Of a stretch of 64,000 bases of DNA, positions 26,037 to 39,459 are shown one piece after another. Positions within the stretch are counted from its first letter, which is position 1. Each line of letters begins with the position of its first letter. The position numbers and the translations under genes are program-made. The notes under the pieces were generated by a model. The model ran no database searches, was not told the DNA's origin, and worked only from the letters and a program-made list of their open reading frames with translations. This stretch comes from Octopus vulgaris (lineage: Eukaryota): positions 31,930,001 to 31,994,000 of the forward strand of contig OX597815.1 of the NCBI GenBank assembly GCA_951406725.2. The letters are read 5' to 3'.

Positions 26037-27527
26037 CTTCTATCTATAAATGCTCTAATATCAATTCAGCCTTGGTTTTTTTATCTCATTACGCAAAAAA
26101 ATTCATATATACACACGCTGACATAGAACCAACATTGAATCCTTTATTCACAATATTACCGAATCTGGAACTTAACTATGGTCTGTCTATAGCACTTATT
26201 CAGCATTACCTGACACCTTTGGGTCTCAATGACACCATTATCTCTTATTGTTTGTGACCCTCTTCGGTCATGAATGACCATGGAATTGCACCTAGAAAGT
26301 TACCCTCCGAGGGACAAGTCTGGGCAAAGTTGTTTATGGAAGACCATCAGTCGCCCACACATACCAGTCTCCCCTCTCCACGCCACCGATGATATCCAAG
26401 GGAAAGGCAAAGGCTGATACAGCTTGGCACCAGTGACGTCACAGCTCATTTATTAATGTGCAAGTGGCTGAGCACTCCACAGACACGTGTACCCTTAACG
26501 TAGTTCTCGGGGAGATTCAGCATGACACAGAGTGTGACAAGGCTGGCCCTTTGAAATACATGTATTATCTCTTATAACCTCAACTAAATTAATAAGTATA
26601 TAGATGGAGAAGGTAATATTTAACTCTTTCCTAAATTTATGGTGAGAGTTATATTTTATTCAGAAAAAATTGAGCCTCTGTTGGTTGTGACGATGAGGGT
26701 TCCAGTTGATCTGATCAATGGAGCAGCTGGATCATGAGATTAATGTGCAAGTGGCTGAGCACTCCACATACTTCTCATGGAGGTTCAGTGTGACACAGAA
26801 TGTGACAAGGTATTATGAATTACAAGTACAGCTCATTTTTGCCAGATGAGTGGACTAGAGCAATGTAAAATAAAGAGTCTTGCTCAAGGACATAAAGTGC
26901 CATGATTGAGGACAGCTATTTGGATGCTGATGTTTTGACAGTGGCAGGAGGCAAACAAACGCACACATGCATGCATATGCATAGAAATATATAGAGAGAA
27001 AGGGAGACAAACATTACAATATATAGGTTTTAAATTTTGTCACAAGGCCGGCAATTTTGGGATAGGGGTTTAGTCAATTACATCAACTCCAGTGTTCAGC
27101 TGGTACTTATTTTATTGACCCTGAGAGGATAAAAGAAAAAGTTAACCTCAGCAGAATTTGAACTCAGAACATGAAGATGAATGAAATGCTGCTAAGTGTT
27201 TTGCCTGGCATGCTAACAATTCTGCCAACTCACTGCCTTAAAACATTGCAATATATTAATTGAACATGATTGGCGTAAACACTTTCCATCTCTTCACACA
27301 CATAGAGAAATATGCTCATGTGCAGAGAGAGAGAGAGGAGGAGGAGGAAGAGTGAAATATTAAAACGTCTGATTTCAAATATTGAATCAGTGACACCAAA
27401 CAGGTGACACCAAAACAGCTGTGCCAAAAAAAAACGTCTCATACCTACTTTTATTACACCATAAAACAAGCTGAAACTAGATATATTGTCTTAACTAATT
27501 CAATAGAAATGAAGAAAGATAACTTAC

Positions 27528-27607
27528 AGCAGCACTGAGTGGTGCTATTCCAAACCACATGGTCATGCAGGCTCGTTCAATTGGGAAATGGAGAGATTCT
27601 TGTTTAA
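27528..27607 (-). CDS. divergent SLC6 exon (IL5-TM11)
   Basis: CTACAG/GTAAGT; 80 nt; (I)KQESLHFPIERACMTMWFGIAPLSAA; phases 1/0 fit neighbours. Confidence 0.82.
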
Positions 27608-28026
27608 CTGTAGTAAGAAAGACAAGTGAAAATATATCAATAGTCAGTTTTGAATGAATAAATCAATTTCGTGCAGTAGGGTTCAGTTATCGCAGGGCTA
27701 TAGTGGAAGACACTTGCTCATGGTGTCATGTGGAATTTAGACCCAAATCATGAAATTGGGGTGCAAACTTTTTAGCTATACAGCTATGTCCATACCTGTA
27801 AGTGGTATCACGACGGTGGAGTTATGATTTCAGGAGGACAGTTGGGATCACGTGGATGAGAAAGGTGCAATCCAGAGAGGAGTGGACAGCATGCTGTGAC
27901 CAGCAGTGTCAAATGGATGCCTGACGGACTGGTCGGTCAAGGTGGTCAAGGTGACATACATAATTTAGTGAGTGTTGGGTTGACTGAAATTGCCAAACTC
28001 ATTTACTGTGTATATATACTGCGTAT

Positions 28027-28428
28027 AGGCACAGGAGTGCCTGTGTGGTAAGTAGTTTGCTTACCAACCACATGGTTCCGGGTTCAGTCCCACTGTGCGG
28101 CATCTTGAGCAAGTGTTTTCTGCTATAGCCTTGGGCCGACCAATGCCTTGTGAGTGGATTTGGTAGACGGAAACTGAAAAAAGCCTGTCGTATATATGTA
28201 TATATATATATGTATGTGCGTGTATATGTTGTGTATCTGTGTTTGTCCCCCTAGCATTACTTGACAACCGGTGTTGGTGTGTTTACGTCCCCGTCACTTA
28301 GCAGTTCGGCAAAAAAGACTGATAGAATAAGTACTGGGCTTACAAAGAATAAGTCCCAGGGTCGATTTGCTCGACTAAAGGTGGTGCTCCAGCATGGCCG
28401 CAGTCAAATGACTGAAACAAGTAAAAGA
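28027..28428 (+). mobile_element. SINE family A
   Basis: Full-length copy. Confidence 0.9.
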
Positions 28429-28525
28429 ATATGTGTTTGGGAACCATTGAAGGTTTATGAATCATTAAATTTTGGCAACAGAACTCTATCAAAAGATAGG
28501 AATAAATGTAGTAGAATATACTTAC

Positions 28526-28622
28526 TGTAGGCAATGATAAATGGAACAGTTGTAATCAGAATGAGAACACATAAGTATCTATCAAGGTAGTTGTTGACAA
28601 GTGTGTACAGGTGGAATCCTCC
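28526..28622 (-). CDS. divergent SLC6 exon (TM10)
   Basis: TTTCAG/GTAAGT; 97 nt; GGFHLYTLVNNYLDRYLCVLILITTVPFIIAY (compare GGIYVFKLFDYY). Confidence 0.9.
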
Positions 28623-29121
28623 CTGAAAGGTGTTAAACAAATGGGTATTAGTTGGATTTAATGCATTTGAAAAGATATACACAATACTGCTGAGATGTAG
28701 TTACATGTTATAGCTGTAATAAACACACACATACATACATAAACACACACACATATACATACATACATACATACATACATACATACATACATACATACAT
28801 ACATACATACATACATACATACATACATACATACATACATACATACATACATACATACATACATACATCAATCAATCAAATTAAACACACAACTGAAAGA
28901 GCTACTAACAGCTTCATGCTATTATGATACTTGAACAGGTATATTTATAAAATGTACCAGGTATTTTAAAGCAATCTTTTAGGCTCTATTTATGTGTTAC
29001 ATATATATATCTTAGGGAGTATAACTCCAAACTTACAGGGAAAAATTCAATTTAGTATTAAATTAAATTTCACAGTATAAATATATAAAATATAAATTAC
29101 TTTTTGAGATCTAGTTATAAG

Positions 29122-29160
<39 letters not shown>

Positions 29161-29274
29161 TATATATATATATATATTGGTTATTTATGTATTGGTTTAT
29201 GTCTATCACTGTTTGAGTTGCATAATAGTGGTTTTATCTCTAAATTATATTATGTATATATATATATATATCTG

Positions 29275-29326
<52 letters not shown>

Positions 29327-29447
29327 TCTCTCTTTCAGTTTCTGCAATGGTTGAAATAGTTTTGATCATATATCAACTTGATTAGGATTGAATGGGGAAC
29401 AGGGGTTAAAAACAACATCAAGAGATGTATCCTGGTGAGATATTTAC

Positions 29448-29588
29448 CTGACAAACACATGACAGACTGACCAGCAGTGAGAAAAAGCATACAATGGCAA
29501 TGGTGTACTCTCGCCTGTTAAGAAATCGATGGAGGGATGTTGGCAATGAGAGTAAGAAGCTGTCCAATACCACTTCCAGATGGATGAT
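29448..29588 (-). CDS. divergent SLC6 exon (TM8 end-TM9)
   Basis: TTTTAG/GTAAAT; 141 nt; IIHLEVVLDSFLLSLPTSLHRFLNRREYTIAIVCFFSLLVSLSCVCQ. Confidence 0.9.
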
Positions 29589-29834
29589 CTAAAAAAGACA
29601 TGGGTAGAAAAATATGACATGACTACAAGAAAAAGCAAAGTGAATACTGCATTTGACGGCTTTTAAGATGCACTTTTTACTGCAAAACAAAAATGGTACA
29701 AAAAATCACCCAGGGTCTAATATATCTGCCATTGTTTTGTCCATGTATCTTTTATGCTAAAAAAATACAGAAATTGCCAGAGCATCTAACTGGCTTCTGT
29801 GCTGGTGGCACGTAAAAAGTACCATTCGAGTGTG

Positions 29835-30221
29835 TGGAAGCACTCTGTCGGTTACGACGATGAGGGTTCCGGTTGATCCGAATCAATGGAACAGCCTGCT
29901 CGTGAAATTAACATGTAAGTGGCTGAGCACTCCACAGACACGTGCACCCTTAACGTAGTTCTCGGGGATATTCAGCATGACACAGAGAGTGACAAGGCCA
30001 GCCCCTTGAAATACAGGTACAACAGAAACAGGAAATAAGAGTGAGAGAAAGTTGTGGTGAAAGAGTACAGCAGGGATCACCACCATCCCCTGCTGGAGCC
30101 TCGTGGAGCTTTTAGGTGTTTTCGCTCAATAAACACTCACAACGCCCGGTCTGGGAATCGAAACCGCGATCCTATGACTGCGAGTCCGTTGCCCTAACCA
30201 CTGGGCCATTGCGCCTCCACT
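29835..30221 (-). mobile_element. SINE family C variant nested in an RTE-associated element
   Basis: 11-bp TSD ATTCGAGTGTG at 29824-29834 and 30222-30232; tRNA head at 30140-30220. Confidence 0.85.
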
Positions 30222-30473
30222 ATTCGAGTGTGAGCGTTACCAGTGTCACCTTACTGGCACTTGTGCCGGTGGCATGAGGTTGTTGCCAGTGCCGGTGCTG
30301 CTGGACTGGCTCCTGTGCAGATGGCATGTAAAAAACACAATTCCATATTGATGGGAACAGGAAAAATAGAACTAAAAATATGACTATATATTTTTATTAA
30401 TATTTAGTTCAAGTAACAGAGTGACTCAAGGCCTGAGAGTTTCATACATTTAGTGTGTGTATGTGTGTGTGAC

Positions 30474-30504
<31 letters not shown>

Positions 30505-30710
30505 GTGTACGCATGCATGTATCAATACATAAATGTATTTGTATGTATATTTCTGTGTGTATGTTTGCATGTGTATTTGTGCATATATGCATGTGTTAAA
30601 CAATATGTTTTTGTCATACTCACCCTGACTAATTAAAAGAGTTAGTAAGGCTACACATTGTTATCTAAAAAGTGTTTTCTCCTTTAATGTGATTGTTGAA
30701 ATAAACCTAC

Positions 30711-30823
30711 CTGATGGAGCAGCGCCAGTAAGAAAAAAGACAGATAGACCATCGAAGCAATAACTGGAGATAAATTGTATTGAGAGAATGTATTGGCAAC
30801 CGATACCAGCAACACGGGAAGAC
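30711..30823 (-). CDS. divergent SLC6 exon (EL4-TM8)
   Basis: TTTGCAG/GTAGGT; 113 nt (conserved SLC6 exon size); (G)LPVLLVSVANTFSQYNLSPVIASMVYLSFFLLALLHQ. Confidence 0.9.
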
Positions 30824-31744
30824 CTGCAAAGAGAAGGGAAATTATCGTGTGTTATTTCATCATCATCCTCGTCATCATTGTTTAACATCTGCTTTCCATA
30901 CTGGCATAGATTGGACAGTTTGACAAATCCTAAGGTATTTTTCAATGTTATTATTATTATTATTATTAGTGTTAGTGTTCAAGTCACTGCTTGTAATCAA
31001 ACTTGGAATCTTGGGGTTTGTAGCCCATGCTCTTAACCACTACACCATATGCCCATGGGCGTATGGCATAGTGGTTATACAGCGTAGTTAACAACAAACA
31101 AGATGAGGACAAATATCCGTCGAATGTAAATAATGTATATAATTCCCCATCTCTTAAATATAGGACTATATATATCATGGTTGTGGCTGATGCTGGTGTC
31201 ATGTAACTGACAACTGTGCTGGTAGCATGTAAAAAGCACCTTTCAAGTGTTGGGCCACATGGAGGCAATGACAAATGACCGAGACCTTTGGCATTATGCT
31301 GTGCTTGAGAAAAATACCCATCAAGTCAAGTAAAATTGTAGCCATGGTAGATACTGGTGTCATGCAAATGGCACCCATACAGGTGATACATAAAGGCACC
31401 CATTACACTCTCAGAAAGGTTGGTGTTAGGAAGGACATCCAGCCATAGAAACTAAGTCAAATCAAACTGGAGTCTGGTGCAGCATGTCAGCCCTGGTCAA
31501 ACTGTCCAAACTGGACAACAGACGTTAAATGATGATGATATATATCAACACGTTTTTTTCATTCTCTCTCTATTTATTTCTTCTTATTCCTTTCTGTCAA
31601 AGAGCATAGGCTCGAAACGTAAAAAACTTTTCTATTTTTCCCAAGCAACAAACTAATACACTTGCTTATTGTTACAACACCTGTCTTTGTCTTTGTTTTT
31701 CTATAAATTTGAACTATATATTTATCTATCTATCTATCTATCTA

Positions 31745-31793
<49 letters not shown>

Positions 31794-33174
31794 TAGTTTT
31801 AATAGTGATAACCACTAAATCCTAGATTTGAAAACAGAACTTAAGCTTGCTTAGTTACCTAAAACACAATAAACAACATCTAAAACTAAAATATAAAATA
31901 TTATCAGAGAGCCAGCATCTTTGTATGAATATATTACATATAACATGCCAATTAAAACCAGCACACTTTATAGTATGTATGCCTGCAAGAACTATTATAT
32001 CCCACTAAGTTACTTCATTAACTAAAACGGTGTTGCCAGCTTCTGTGTTTTATGCTCAATCTAGCACATAATGTGTAGCAGCATAAACTGTCTAACAGAG
32101 AGATCTTCATGTCAGGTTATCATAGCATCAGCCCCTACACCATTAGGCAGAACATGTCAAACCCAATCTCAAAACAACATTCTCTGAGGCTGAAAAGAGA
32201 AACCCCATGTTGTTTTTCTTAAATGATATATTTACTTGGATATCTTCTCAAATAGTATATAATCTCATAATGATGTTTTTACATAGATAAACAAAAAAAT
32301 AATATTAATAATAATAACAATGCCTCAGGTTTAGATGAGGTATGTTTTAGAAAAAGAGAGTTAGTTGTATAAGTGAAATGTTTACAATTGAGAACCAAAA
32401 CCAGAGCATTTACTAAGCTCACCAATAACCTACTGTCCTACTATACTTTCTGACAAATTGTAAGGGTTTTTGTTAAATAAATTGAAGTGTTTTTTGTCTT
32501 TAATATTCTCAGCTTGACTGTGAATAACAAATGACTTTAGAAATTTGTAATGAAGAAAAGATGTCCCATTTTTATTACAAATACTTCCAGACTTTTCATA
32601 TGTATCATATGTAAGCCTGTAAGATAAAATACTTAAAGGACATTTAAGACCTCAGTGGAGGACCATGCAAGTAAAGAGACCACACTTATGACTGGCAAAT
32701 TATAGAGCATGTTTCTTGGCAGGCATATTGTTAATTAACTGATAAATTAGACATAAAATTGACAACTTTTTCACAAAGAGAAGATTACTTTAACATAACA
32801 CCTGTCACATATATGTCAGATTTTTCCTTCTATTTGTCTCTTGAACTCCTAGCTGTGGGGTTCCAGTGTTACGTAAGCTATATTCCAACTTTATACCACA
32901 AACAGTAGGATATTCTGACCATCTTCATGCTGTTATGCTTCTAAAGTCCCATGGTGATATTTGTTTTTATGCTTATTGTTTGTTTTTTTATGTATAGTCA
33001 TATATAGAAACAGTCAAACATTAAAGGAGCACTCAATACTTTTCTGTAGAGTAACATATTTATTGTGTGCGTGTATTTTTAGTGTGAGGGTGCCAGACCT
33101 AGTCGTTAGGGTGTTGCATTCATGACTGTGAGATCATGATTTCAATTCCTGGACAGGATGGTGTGTTGTGTTCA

Positions 33175-33604
33175 GGTGCAGGAGTGGCTGTGTGGTAAGT
33201 AGCTTGCTTACCAACCACATGGTTCTGGGTTCAGTCCCACTGCGTGGCACCTTGGGCAAGTGTCTTCTACTATAGCCTTGGGCTGACCAAAGCCTTGCGA
33301 GTGGATTTAGTAGATGGAAACTGAAAGAAGCCCATCGTATATCATCATCATCGTTTAACATCCATTTTCCATGCTAGCATATGTGTGTGTGTGTTTGTGT
33401 GTCTGTGTTTCTCCCCCCCCCCCCCCAACATCGCTTGACAACTGATGCTGGTGTTTACGTCTCCGTAACTTAGCAGTTCAGCAAAAGAACTGATAGAATA
33501 AGTCCTAGGCTTACAAAGAATAAATCCTGGGGTCGATTTGTTCGACTAAAGGTGGTGCTCTAGCATGGCCGCAGTCAAATGACTGAAACAAATAAAAGAG
33601 TAAA
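33175..33604 (+). mobile_element. SINE family A nested in a family C-like SINE
   Basis: Family C head at 33090-33172 continues after 33605. Confidence 0.8.
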
Positions 33605-33939
33605 GGCACTTAATCTCATGTTGCTCTGCAATCACTTTAACACCTGATGTCAGGTACACTGTGCACCTGTTTAGGCAATATCAATTTGATGGCAGGTGTG
33701 AGTTAATATACAATACAAACATCTGATCACTATAAACAAATCATTTGCACAGGTTGTTCAGCATGAATTATCAGAACCATCTTTCTTAGACTACAAGAGA
33801 CTACCAACATATTTTTTAATATATTTGTACATGGAAAAGGTTAAAGATATTTTGAAGTTTAGGCTATGTAGCTTTCATTGGACAGTTTAATGAAAGCTAC
33901 ATAGCTAAAATTTTCAAGTAATCTTTCCCTTACAGACCT

Positions 33940-34735
33940 TTGGAATAGTGACCGAGACCTTTGGAATTGTAGTGACCGAGACCTTTGGTTAGTGACTGAG
34001 ACCTTTGGAAATATGCTGTGCATGAGAAGACCTGGCAGGACAAGTGAGTCCATAACCCATGGCCTTTGCCAGGGATGTAGCCAGCCCACTTATGCATACC
34101 TTTCCTTCTTTGGACACAAAACTCTGCTTGCGATGACCTGTTGAGGCAAGTGAAATCGAAATTGACTTCGAAATCGAACCACATCTGACGACTGGCACCC
34201 ATGCCAACCTTCCTTCATTGGACACTAAACTCTGCTTGCAAAGACCTGTTGGGGCAAGTGATATCGAAATTGAACCAAATTCGATGACTGGCACCCGGTT
34301 ATTGCCAGTGCCGCTGGACTGACTCCTGTGCAGGTGGCAAGTAAAGAAACACCGTTTCGACCCTGTGCTTGAGGAGATCCATTGAGTCAAGTACACCAAC
34401 ATCAAAAGTCAATGGAAATTGTAGTTGTGATCCCTGTGCCAGTGGCACATAAAAAGCACCATCCGAACGTGGCCGATGCCAGTGCCGCCTTGACTGGCTT
34501 CTGTGCTGGTGGCACGTAAAAAGCATCGCCCGATCGCAACCGTTGCCAGCCTTGCCTGGCACATAAAAAGCACCCAGTACACTCAAGGAGCGGTTAATGT
34601 TAGGAAGGGCATCCAGCTGTAGAAACACTGCCAGATCAGACTGGAGCCTGGTGCAGCCTTCTGGCTTCCCAGACCCCAGTCGAACCATCCAACCCATGCT
34701 AGCATGGAAAATGGACGTTAAACAATGATGATGAG
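33940..34735 (+). mobile_element. RTE-associated non-coding retroposon ending in (GAT)n
   Basis: Ends GCATGGAAAATGGACGTTAAAC(GAT)n; related copies at about 19520, 31180, 35694, 43250, 45400, 46726. Confidence 0.7.
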
Positions 34736-35081
34736 GATCATCATTTTAATATCCACTTTCTCTTTGCTTGCTTAAATTAGATAGGGTTCATCGAAGCAGA
34801 TTTTCTATGGCAGGATGCCCTTCCTGTCACCAGCTTTCACAATGAAACAATGAAACAATGCCTTGAAACAATGTAATATCTTTCCATTGCCAGGTATGTG
34901 TTTCACAGAATATTGAAAATGAATGACATTCATTTGCCACAATTTCATGATGTCAAGATAAGGAGAGAAAGAGAGAGAGACAGAGAGACAGACAGACAGA
35001 CAGAGAGAGAGTGAGACACACACACACACACACACAAGTTTATGGTGTAAAACATTTATCTCAAACAACACCAATATTTAC

Positions 35082-35206
35082 CTTGTTTCATTCCTGGAGT
35101 TGAGGACAACACACCGCCAATATCTTGAGGGTTAATGTAGGGAACAATGGCTACAAGAAGCCAATGTGGTAGAAGTCCATATGTTAACAGTAGTAACATC
35201 CATGCA
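35082..35206 (-). CDS. divergent SLC6 exon (TM7-EL4)
   Basis: CCACAG/GTAAAT; 125 nt (conserved SLC6 exon size); AWMLLLLTYGLLPHWLLVAIVPYINPQDIGGVLSSTPGMKQ. Confidence 0.88.
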
Positions 35207-36618
35207 CTGTGGAGTAACATACAATACAAAGAGCTGTGAAAGAATCTCAAATATACATATCTATACAGATATCTAAATCAATAATAGAAATCTTACAATT
35301 GTTCACACGGTTATGTGTGGTTAATTAAAGAAGTAACTATTTCTGTGCTGTGTTATACATCTCCTTTTCATGCATTTATTGCAAAATTTACACAATCACA
35401 AGATGAATTCCAATTAGTTACTTCTTACTACCTACTGTAAATTCCCTCTTATGCATGTCTCAAACAATTAGACCTCTCAAACAACTAACACCTAGAAAAA
35501 TAAATAAATAAAAGTAAATGTCTTAACTAGAAACAAGAGAATTTGTACTAATCTGTGTTAATCTAATTGCTATTAACATAAAGTATCTACTGTATTTAAA
35601 ATGGATCACTACTTCTCAAATTACAGTGTTTTATTTAACAATACCGGTTTTATATTAGGTTAATTAACAATACCAGTATTTATTTAATAATACATCATCA
35701 TCATCATCGTTTACGTCCGCTTTCCATGCTAGCATGGGTTGGACGATTTGACTGAGAGCTAGCGAACCTGATGCCTGCACCAGGCTCCAATCTGATCTGG
35801 CAGAGTTTCTACAGCTGGATGTCCTTCCTAACGCCAACCACTCCGAGAGTGTAGTGGGTGCTTTTATGTGCCACCGGCACGAGGGCCAGTCAGACGGTAC
35901 TGGCAACGGTTATGCTCAAATGGTGCTTTTTATGTGCCACCTGCACAGGAGCCAGTCCAGCGGCACTGGTAATGACCTCACTCAAATGTTTCTTCACGTG
36001 CCACCAGCACAAGTGCTAGTAAGGCGACGCGCAAGTTGTTCTTTCCATAGATCAGTGTTTCTCAACAAGTTTTTGCTTATGGGCCCTTTTGATTCCTATA
36101 TTACTTTACTGGATCATTCAATGTTTAAAAAAATACATCCTTTTATATTCCAGCAAGTTGCCAGATGACTCGGGAGCTGTTTGCAATCATCTACTCAGGT
36201 CCAAGAATGGACTTTAACAATGATGATGATCACATGCTAACGAAACACTTATCAATTATACAGTGCTCCTGTTACTTGTGCCAGCAGAATAAGGAAGACT
36301 TTGTGGTTGTTCAACTTGTGAGAAATAACAGTTAAATCTTTCTTAGATAGCACCTTATTGTCTTAAAGTAGGGAAGGACATATTAGATAACATATTCCTA
36401 AACATTGCTAAAATGGTAGGATGGATACAGGTAGAATACCTTTGATTATAATTCTGCTCAATCAGGACCAACATGAAGCTAAACAACAACAGCTACCCAT
36501 TTATTGCTGGGCCCAAGTGTATTTAATCATAGAAAGTTAAGTGAATGTATGACATCATTTTATTATAGCATCTCCCCATAAGAAAATTAGGGATAGTGAC
36601 TGAACGTTGAATACTCAC

Positions 36619-36725
36619 GTGTTGAGTAAAACTTTCTTGTTTGGCAGATGACTTCCCAGCATGGGAACAACTCCAGACCACAACCCCATACTATAGATAT
36701 GCATTATAAGAGCATCCATCCAAGT
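36619..36725 (-). CDS. divergent SLC6 exon (TM6)
   Basis: TTTCAG/GTGAGT; 107 nt; TWMDALIMHIYSMGLWSGVVPMLGSHLPNKKVLLN (compare [27 protein letters not shown]). Confidence 0.92.
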
Positions 36726-37019
36726 CTGAAAAAAACAAAAAAAGAAGTAAAAATATTATTGAAATAAAATTAATTGATGTAGTGTTAGGAAAAATGTAAA
36801 CTATCATTCAGTGATGACATGTTATATATATAGACATACATCACATATGAAACACAATACGAGGGAAGTGGTTGTGGGTGGTGGTGGTGGTCATTGTCAC
36901 TGTTTGCATCATAAAAGTTATAAAGTGAAGTGTATGGGTTCAAATAAAGTTGATATGTTGTTGGGAGAAGAAGAATCTAATGTTACATAACTGATCCTTC
37001 ATCTGAATGGAATTAAAAA

Positions 37020-38520
37020 ATTTTTCAACCAGGTAGAAGCATTACTGATGCTATATTCTTGGTACAGCAACTGCAGGACAAATACTTAGCCAATGATAAA
37101 CCCCTATATTTGGCTTTTGTGGAGTTGGAGAAAGCCTTTGACAGGATCCCCCGATCTCCTATCTGGTGGGCAATGCAGAGACTGGGAATTGATGAATGGT
37201 TAATAAGGGCTGTACAAAGATGCCATTAGTAGGGTTAGGATTGACAATGAGTATAGTGAAGAATTCTGGGTAGAAGTAGGAGGCCCCAAGGATCAGCACT
37301 CAGCCCCCTCTTATTCATCACAGCCCTCCAGGTAATAACTGAGGAGTTCAAGACAGGTTGCCCCTGGGAGCTCCTCTATGCTGATGACCTTGCTCTCATA
37401 GAAGAATCACTACCATAACTAGAGAAGAAATTTCAAGTATGGAAACAAGGTCTAGAATTGAAGGGCCTCAGAGTCAATGTTGCAAAGACCAAAGTTCTTG
37501 TAAATAGGAAGGTGAACACATCACACACTGCTTCAGGTAGGTAGCTGTTTGATCTGTAGAAAAGGTGTAGGTAGAAACTCCATAAGATGTACTCAGTGTA
37601 AGCTATGGACACATAAGAGGTGCAGCAACATCAAAGGAAGATTAACGGGAAGATAGTTTAGGTGTGCAGCAGATGCACAGAGGTAATAAACACCACAGAT
37701 GCTCAGAAAATAGATTCAATCTCATGCCAGGGTGGTGGGGAACTAGAAGTAGTTGATAGCTTCCGCTACCTAGGTGACCAAGTCTGTAGTTGGGGTGGAT
37801 GCTCAGAGAATGTTACCACTAGAACAAGAATAGCCTGGGCAAAGTTCAGAAAGCTTCTACCCCTACAGGTGACAAAGGGCCTCTCGCTCAGAGTGAAAAA
37901 TAGGTTGTATGACGCATGTGTGTGAACTACCATGCTTCACAGCAGTGAAAAATGGGCCATGACTGCTGAAGATATGCGTAGGCTTGAAACAAATGAAGCT
38001 AACATGATCCACTGGATGTGTAATGCCAGTTTGCAGACATGACAGAGTGTAAGCGCCCTCAGAGAAATGTTAGACATAAGAAACATTAGATGTGGTGTGC
38101 AAGAGAGATGTTTGTACTGGTATGGTCATGTACTGTGGGTGGACAAGGAGAGCTGTGTCAAGAAGTGCCACTCCCAATCAGTGGAAGGAATCCGGGGTAG
38201 AGGGAAACCCAGAAAGACATGGGATAAGGTGGTGAAGCTTAACCTTCGAACGTTGGGCTTCACAGAAGCAATGACAAAAGACCAAGACCTCTGGATGTAT
38301 GCTGTGACTGTGAAGATCCGGCAAATAAGGTGAGTTCACAGCTGTAACCTACACTAGTGTTGCATAACCAGCCCACTCAAAAGTACCTCGGATCGTAGGG
38401 TGACATGCTGTGCTTGAGGAGACCTATTGAGTCAAGTACATCAACACCAACATCAATATCAAAATCAAATCAAATTACAATCAAATGGAAATTGTGCTTG
38501 TGACCCTCGTGCCAGTGTCA
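37020..38520 (+). mobile_element. 5'-truncated RTE-clade LINE (RT domain, Cys-rich insert, 3' UTR)
   Basis: YLAFVELEKAFDRIP, QGSALSPLLF, ELLYADDLAL, FRYLGD, WYGHV, RGRGKPRKTW; several frameshifts. Confidence 0.92.
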
Positions 38521-39157
38521 CTAATGTCTTTTTAGCATGATTTCTGAAGTTGAATGCTCTTCCTTATGCTGATCACAACACATAGTTTACTGACACTCTT
38601 GAGGTTGCCAAATATCTTGCAAGACAAAACTCCTTGATTGAGTGTGGGGTGAATATCAAAGGAAATGGCTTAATGCCAGGTTTATTAGGTATGAGTATGT
38701 CAGAGGAAAAGGAACAGAAGTCTTGCTGAGGAGATACAGGGATGCCCTAGCTAGGAAAGGAGAGAAGATGATGATGATGAGGTGTCAGGACATACCTTCA
38801 AAGGATGAGATGATGAATGTGAAGGTAATGGGTATAGAGGAACAGGTAAGGGGGCTGAGGGACAAAAGGGGAACAAAAGGTAAGGTTGCAAGAGTGTTAG
38901 GCAAGCAACAGAGGGTTAGAGGTAAAGAATATAGGGATATAAGTGATGCGGTGACCATCAAGCAGGGAAAAGCACATGGTCATTGGTGAAAGGGCATATG
39001 GTCAATGGGAAATATATTTTATTAATTTGACCAGTTGTGAATTTCTAGGTTACAAAAAACATGAAAAAGATTTTCTAAATTGTTAAAAGCAAATTTTGGT
39101 AAAAAAAAAAAAAAAATTTATACTTAGGAAAACAATTTCAAAAATGTAATTACTTAC

Positions 39158-39349
39158 CTTTGGATCTCCAAGATGGTTTTTAATGGCTTGACCAACTTCA
39201 TTCTTCACTTCATCCTCAGTTTTTGAGATGTCAAAGTATCCCAAGAACATATAACTGAAGGTTTTTTCAGCTGTTGGGACTACAGCATGGCCGTAGATGA
39301 GGATAATGCCCAGAATTCCCATAGTGACTGGACACAAAACCATAAACAC
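39158..39349 (-). CDS. divergent SLC6 exon (TM5-extended EL3)
   Basis: poly-T-TAG/GTAAGT; 192 nt; VFMVLCPVTMGILGIILIYGHAVVPTAEKTFSYMFLG...HLGDPK. Confidence 0.88.
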
Positions 39350-39459
39350 CTAAAAAAAAAAACAAGAAAATGATGATTCAATCTACTATGTTCCTCTTAC
39401 TCTTTCTCCTCCTCCTCATCATCATCTTCATTCATATCTCATTATCATCATCATTATAA

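Noticed and set aside
33945-34010. Short direct repeats GTGACCGAGACCTTTGG x3-4 resembling a CRISPR array
   Set aside because: Eukaryotic context, irregular 3-8 bp spacers, part of a retroposon; local slippage
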